Shown here piece after piece: positions 60,680 through 64,000 of a DNA stretch of 64,000 bases. Source of the DNA: Dehalococcoidia bacterium (GTDB lineage: Bacteria; Chloroflexota; Dehalococcoidia; UBA2979). The position numbers and the translations under genes were made by a program. Location: assembly GCA_965262725.1 (NCBI GenBank), contig OZ253555.1, positions 1,376,001 to 1,440,000 of the forward strand, read 5' to 3'. Below the pieces are notes generated by a model. That model was not told the DNA's origin and did not search any database. It saw nothing but the letters and a program-made list of their open reading frames with translations. Positions within the stretch are counted from its first letter, which is position 1, and the number at the start of each line of letters is the position of its first letter.

Positions 60680-61323
60680 CGCACGTGCGCAACGGGAAGG
60701 AGTTCCTCGACACGATCGAGCCCGCCGGAGAACCCTTGCCGCAGCAGCCCCCGCCTCCTGTGTCTCCAGCTGTGGAGATCAGCGATCTCGACCCCGCCGA
60801 CGAGGCCGCCATCGCGCGGGTCGCCCGCATCGTCGTCGATGCCTTTCGCGGCCACACGCCCTCGTGGCCCGACCTCGCCAGCGCCGAGGCCGAGGTGCGC
60901 AAGTCCTTCGCCAGGGACCGCCTCAGCCGTGTCGCCCGCGAAGGTGATGTAGTGGTGGGCTGGATCGGCGGCATCCGTGAGTACCACGGCCACGCCTGGG
61001 AGCTCCACCCTCTCGTCGTCGACTCCGCCCGCCAGGGTGAAGGCATCGGACGTGCTCTCGTCGCTGACCTCGAGCGGCGGGTCGCCGAGCGTGGCGCCAC
61101 GACCCTCTACCTCGGCACCGACGACGAGGATGAACGCACCTCCCTCGGCGGCGCCGACCTCTACCCCGACCCTCTTGAGCACCTGGCCGCTATCACCAAC
61201 CCCGGCCGTCACCCCTACGGGTTCTATCTCGCCTGCGGGTTCTCGCTGGTGGGCGTCATCCCCGACGCCAACGGCCCGGGAAAGCCCGACATCCTCATGG
61301 CCAAGCGCGTCGGTGCAGCCTAG
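60676..61323 (+). CDS. GNAT acetyltransferase, AAC(6')-Ia/Ii-like
   Basis: WELHPLVV, QGEGIG, LGTDDE, HPYGFY, VIPDANGPGKPDILMAK. Confidence 0.82.
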   Translation: MTHVRNGKEFLDTIEPAGEPLPQQPPPPVSPAVEISDLDPADEAAIARVARIVVDAFRGHTPSWPDLASAEAEVRKSFARDRLSRVAREGDVVVGWIGGIREYHGHAWELHPLVVDSARQGEGIGRALVADLERRVAERGATTLYLGTDDEDERTSLGGADLYPDPLEHLAAITNPGRHPYGFYLACGFSLVGVIPDANGPGKPDILMAKRVGAA

Positions 61324-61467
61324 GGCGACAGCTGGGCGTGAACGAGCCCCGTCCCCGACAACAACAACGTCCACGCGGTGTCTCGGTGAGGCGCTCCCGG
61401 CTCGCGCTCAACACGCTGCAGACAGGGGCCAAACTGAGCACAAGGGATTCGCGGCACGGCTGAAGGG

Positions 61468-62070
61468 GTGCGTCGGCGCCGTGAGAATCCGCTGGCGCAC
61501 GAGCCAGAGATCCTCCGGGACGGCAAAGACGACGCGGGGGGCGATCTGCCAGAATCAGCAATCGTCGAAAAGGTATACGGATTCGTGCTGCGCGAGGGCC
61601 CAGAGGTGAGCGAGTTGCTCGTGTTCCAGCACGCGGGCATGCCCGAGGCGGGCCTGCAGGTACCGGGCGGTACCGTCGAGCAGGGTGAGACGCCGATCGA
61701 GGCGGTCGCGCGCGAGGTGCTGGAGGAGAGCGGACTACCGCTTGACGGCTGGCAGTTGGTAGTGACGCCCGAGACGGGCGTACGGGGCTGGCACTGCTTC
61801 GCGACGGCGCCGTCGAAGCCCCTGCCTGACATCTGGTCCTGGGAACCGGCGGGGCCGGAGGCGGCGGAGGGGCTGCGCTTTGAGTACCGGTGGGTCGCGC
61901 TGGAGGCCGGGGAAGTGCTGGCGGGGGCGCAGGAGAAGGCGCGGCGGGCGGTAGCCGCGTTCGTCACTTCCGGCGACGGCTGGCGGGACTCGACGAGCTC
62001 GCGCGCCACGAGTAGTGACGAGGAGGGTGCGATGCCGCCGGGAACTGTTCGAGCACCTCGGCCCGACTGA
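61468..62070 (+). CDS. NUDIX hydrolase (start uncertain)
   Basis: LQVPGGTVEQGETPIEAVAREVLEESG. Confidence 0.75.
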   Translation: MRRRRENPLAHEPEILRDGKDDAGGDLPESAIVEKVYGFVLREGPEVSELLVFQHAGMPEAGLQVPGGTVEQGETPIEAVAREVLEESGLPLDGWQLVVTPETGVRGWHCFATAPSKPLPDIWSWEPAGPEAAEGLRFEYRWVALEAGEVLAGAQEKARRAVAAFVTSGDGWRDSTSSRATSSDEEGAMPPGTVRAPRPD

Positions 62071-62080
62071 CGGCAGGCAG

Positions 62081-62797
62081 TCACTCTGCCAATAGGGGAG
62101 TGAGCTCCGAAAGCGAACGAATCTCCATGTGCGGCTCGGGCTCCCCCTCAACATGCGACCGCTCGGTCCGGTTGAGCCACACCGAAGTGAGCCCGGCCGC
62201 CCTTGCCCCGGCAACGTCGGCTGCAAGGCCGTCGCCAATGTGCCAGACGCCTTCCCGGCCGACACCGAGCCCGTTGAGAGCGAACTCGAAGATGACCGGA
62301 TCGGGCTTGGCGATGCCAACCCCGCCGGAGATGACGATCGCATCGAAGAAGCGCTCGATATCCAGAGCGCGCAGCTTCTCGCGCTGAGTATCGGAGGCTC
62401 CGTTCGTAACCAGCCCCAGCGGCACCTGGGCCCTCACCGCTGACGCGAGGATCTCCGGTACGTCGTCGAACAGGCGGTGTGCCGCCAGCGCGAGCTGCTG
62501 ATGAGTCTGGGCTGCGCGCCGCGCCAGGGACTCGTCGTCGCACCCGCACCGCCGGAGGGTCCGACGCCAGGCTTCAAGGCTCACCGAGGCACCGTCCAAG
62601 ACTCCAAGCGTCCACTTGTCCTCGACCTCTGGCCAGTAGCGCTGCCACGCGCTGGTGTTCGCGTGAATCAGCTCCCCGGCCTCCAGGTCCGGTCGACTCG
62701 CAGCGATCCGCTCGCACGTGCGTACGACCGCCCCTTGGTGGGCCCTGACAACGAGAGTCTCGTCCAGGTCAAAGAACAGAGCCCGGATCCGCTTCAT
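62081..62797 (-). CDS. HAD-family hydrolase
   Basis: FFDLDETL, VTNG, KPDP, IGDGLAAD. Confidence 0.9.
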   Translation of the reverse strand: MKRIRALFFDLDETLVVRAHQGAVVRTCERIAASRPDLEAGELIHANTSAWQRYWPEVEDKWTLGVLDGASVSLEAWRRTLRRCGCDDESLARRAAQTHQQLALAAHRLFDDVPEILASAVRAQVPLGLVTNGASDTQREKLRALDIERFFDAIVISGGVGIAKPDPVIFEFALNGLGVGREGVWHIGDGLAADVAGARAAGLTSVWLNRTERSHVEGEPEPHMEIRSLSELTPLLAE

Positions 62798-62918
62798 CGA
62801 TCCCCCGGCCCGGACAGAGCGACCATGGGAGGCATCCCCGCACTGGGAATGATGCTCTGAATTGGCCCCACCTGGAGCCGTTTTGATCCTTTGAAATGGC
62901 CCCTTACCTTCTTCAAAC

Positions 62919-63095
62919 GAGCTCAGTAACCTCTGAGCCCGGGAAGCCCAGCAGTGCCGGCATGGCTCAAATGGCCCTGCCGCAACGGACGGCTCGGGTG
63001 GTGTTGCCACCGGCACTGTTCGGCGCGTGAACCTCTGATGGGGACATGCGAGCCAATCGCTGATTTGTAAGGTGGATGACGGCGAGCGCGCCTGC
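62919..63095 (+). ncRNA. Putative IS110 bridge RNA
   Basis: 5' hairpin gctcag/ctgagc; two stems (cagtgccgg/ccggcactg, ggcgcg/cgcgcc) with internal loops matching the left junction. Confidence 0.7.
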
Positions 63096-63139
63096 GGCCT
63101 TCCTGCTGGAATGAGGGGGAAACCCCGGAAGGAGTTGCA

Positions 63140-64000
63140 GTGGGTACGCCCGACGAAACCACCGTGTGGATCGGCCTCGACATCGGCAAGACAGAGCACT
63201 TCGCCGATGTGCTGGACGCGGCAGGCGCGCCGCTGTTCGCCGTCGCCGTCGCGAACGACGAGGCCGACATCGAGGCGCTCCTCGCTCGCGCGGAGTCCTT
63301 CGGCTCCCCGGCACTGGTCGTCGACCAGCCCGGCTCGCTGGCCCGGCTCGTGCTCGCCGTCGCCGCCCGCCGCGGCGTGCCGGTGGCATACGTGCCGGGG
63401 CTGGTCATGCGCCGTGCCGCCGACCTCTACCCGGGTGAGTCCAAGACCGACCGCCGCGATGCGTTCGTGCTGGCCGACACCGGCCGCACCCGGCGCCACC
63501 AGGTGCACTGGCTCGACGCCGGCGACGACGAACTCCTGGAGCAGCTGCGCGTTCTCAACGGCTACGACACCGACCTCGCCGCCGATGCCACGCGGCTCAC
63601 GAACCGGCTGCGCGACGCCGTCACCGGTCTCTCCCCGGCCCTGGAGCGCGTACTGGGCCCCAGGCTCCACAATGCGGGGGCACGGGACCTGCTCGCCCGC
63701 TACCCGACACCGCAGGCGCTGGCCACGGCGGGTCGCGGCCGCATCGCGCGGACGCTCCGGAAGCGCTCGCCGCGCCTCGCGAAGACGCTCACCGAGGCCG
63801 TCACCGGGGCCCTCGGCGCCCAGACCGTGGTCGTACCCGGCTCGGTCGCGATGGGTCGGGTGATCGCCGAGGTCGCGACCGAGCTGGATCGCACGCAGCA
63901 GCGGCGGGAGCGGCTCGGCGCGGAGATCGGGGAGCTCTTCGAGGCCCACCCTTTCGGCCCCATCCTCGGCTCCCTGCCGGGGATCGGGCCGAGGACGGGA
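63140..64000 (+). CDS. IS110 DEDD recombinase, 3' truncated by window (missing from ORF track)
   Basis: aaggag RBS then GTG; WIGLDIGK, LVVDQPG, KTDRRDAFVLAD, LPGIGPRT. Confidence 0.92.
   Translation, partial: MGTPDETTVWIGLDIGKTEHFADVLDAAGAPLFAVAVANDEADIEALLARAESFGSPALVVDQPGSLARLVLAVAARRGVPVAYVPGLVMRRAADLYPGESKTDRRDAFVLADTGRTRRHQVHWLDAGDDELLEQLRVLNGYDTDLAADATRLTNRLRDAVTGLSPALERVLGPRLHNAGARDLLARYPTPQALATAGRGRIARTLRKRSPRLAKTLTEAVTGALGAQTVVVPGSVAMGRVIAEVATELDRTQQRRERLGAEIGELFEAHPFGPILGSLPGIGPRTG

Larger units (their letters stand above)
62902..64000 (+). mobile_element. IS110-family element (right part outside window)
   Basis: IS110 recombinase ORF preceded by ~240-nt structured non-coding end; left junction inferred from guide matches. 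Confidence 0.8.

Overview
GC-rich bacterial window. Its gene repertoire (six family-III CoA-transferases, two acyl-CoA dehydrogenases, three luciferase-like monooxygenases, four MFS transporters) suggests a Chloroflexota/Dehalococcoidia-like heterotroph; this is inference only. Catabolic genes are interrupted by deeply nested mobile DNA. The main system is a group II twintron present twice (14016-18163 and 46619-50980). In it, an 862-nt ORF-less group II intron sits inside the RT gene of a related 2074-nt intron, and splicing it out restores the RT reading frame. The candidate EBS1/EBS2 loops of the two introns differ, and each matches its own 5' exon. The outer intron occupies one site in the antisense strand of the 3' end of IS630 elements: once in a full IS630 and once in a ~180-bp IS630-derived MITE. 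An empty IS630 allele is also present. The second copy forms a nest: IS21 > IS630-MITE > group II intron > (IS256 + ORF-less intron). Three near-identical IS5 copies sit at CTAG sites. The right end holds a probable island bounded by a tRNA-Met-like remnant. It carries an NCS2 permease fused to an RsbW-like domain, an AAC(6')-like acetyltransferase, and an IS110 whose upstream non-coding region has bridge-RNA architecture with guides matching its own left junction. All coordinates and comparisons were made by eye; no searches were run.
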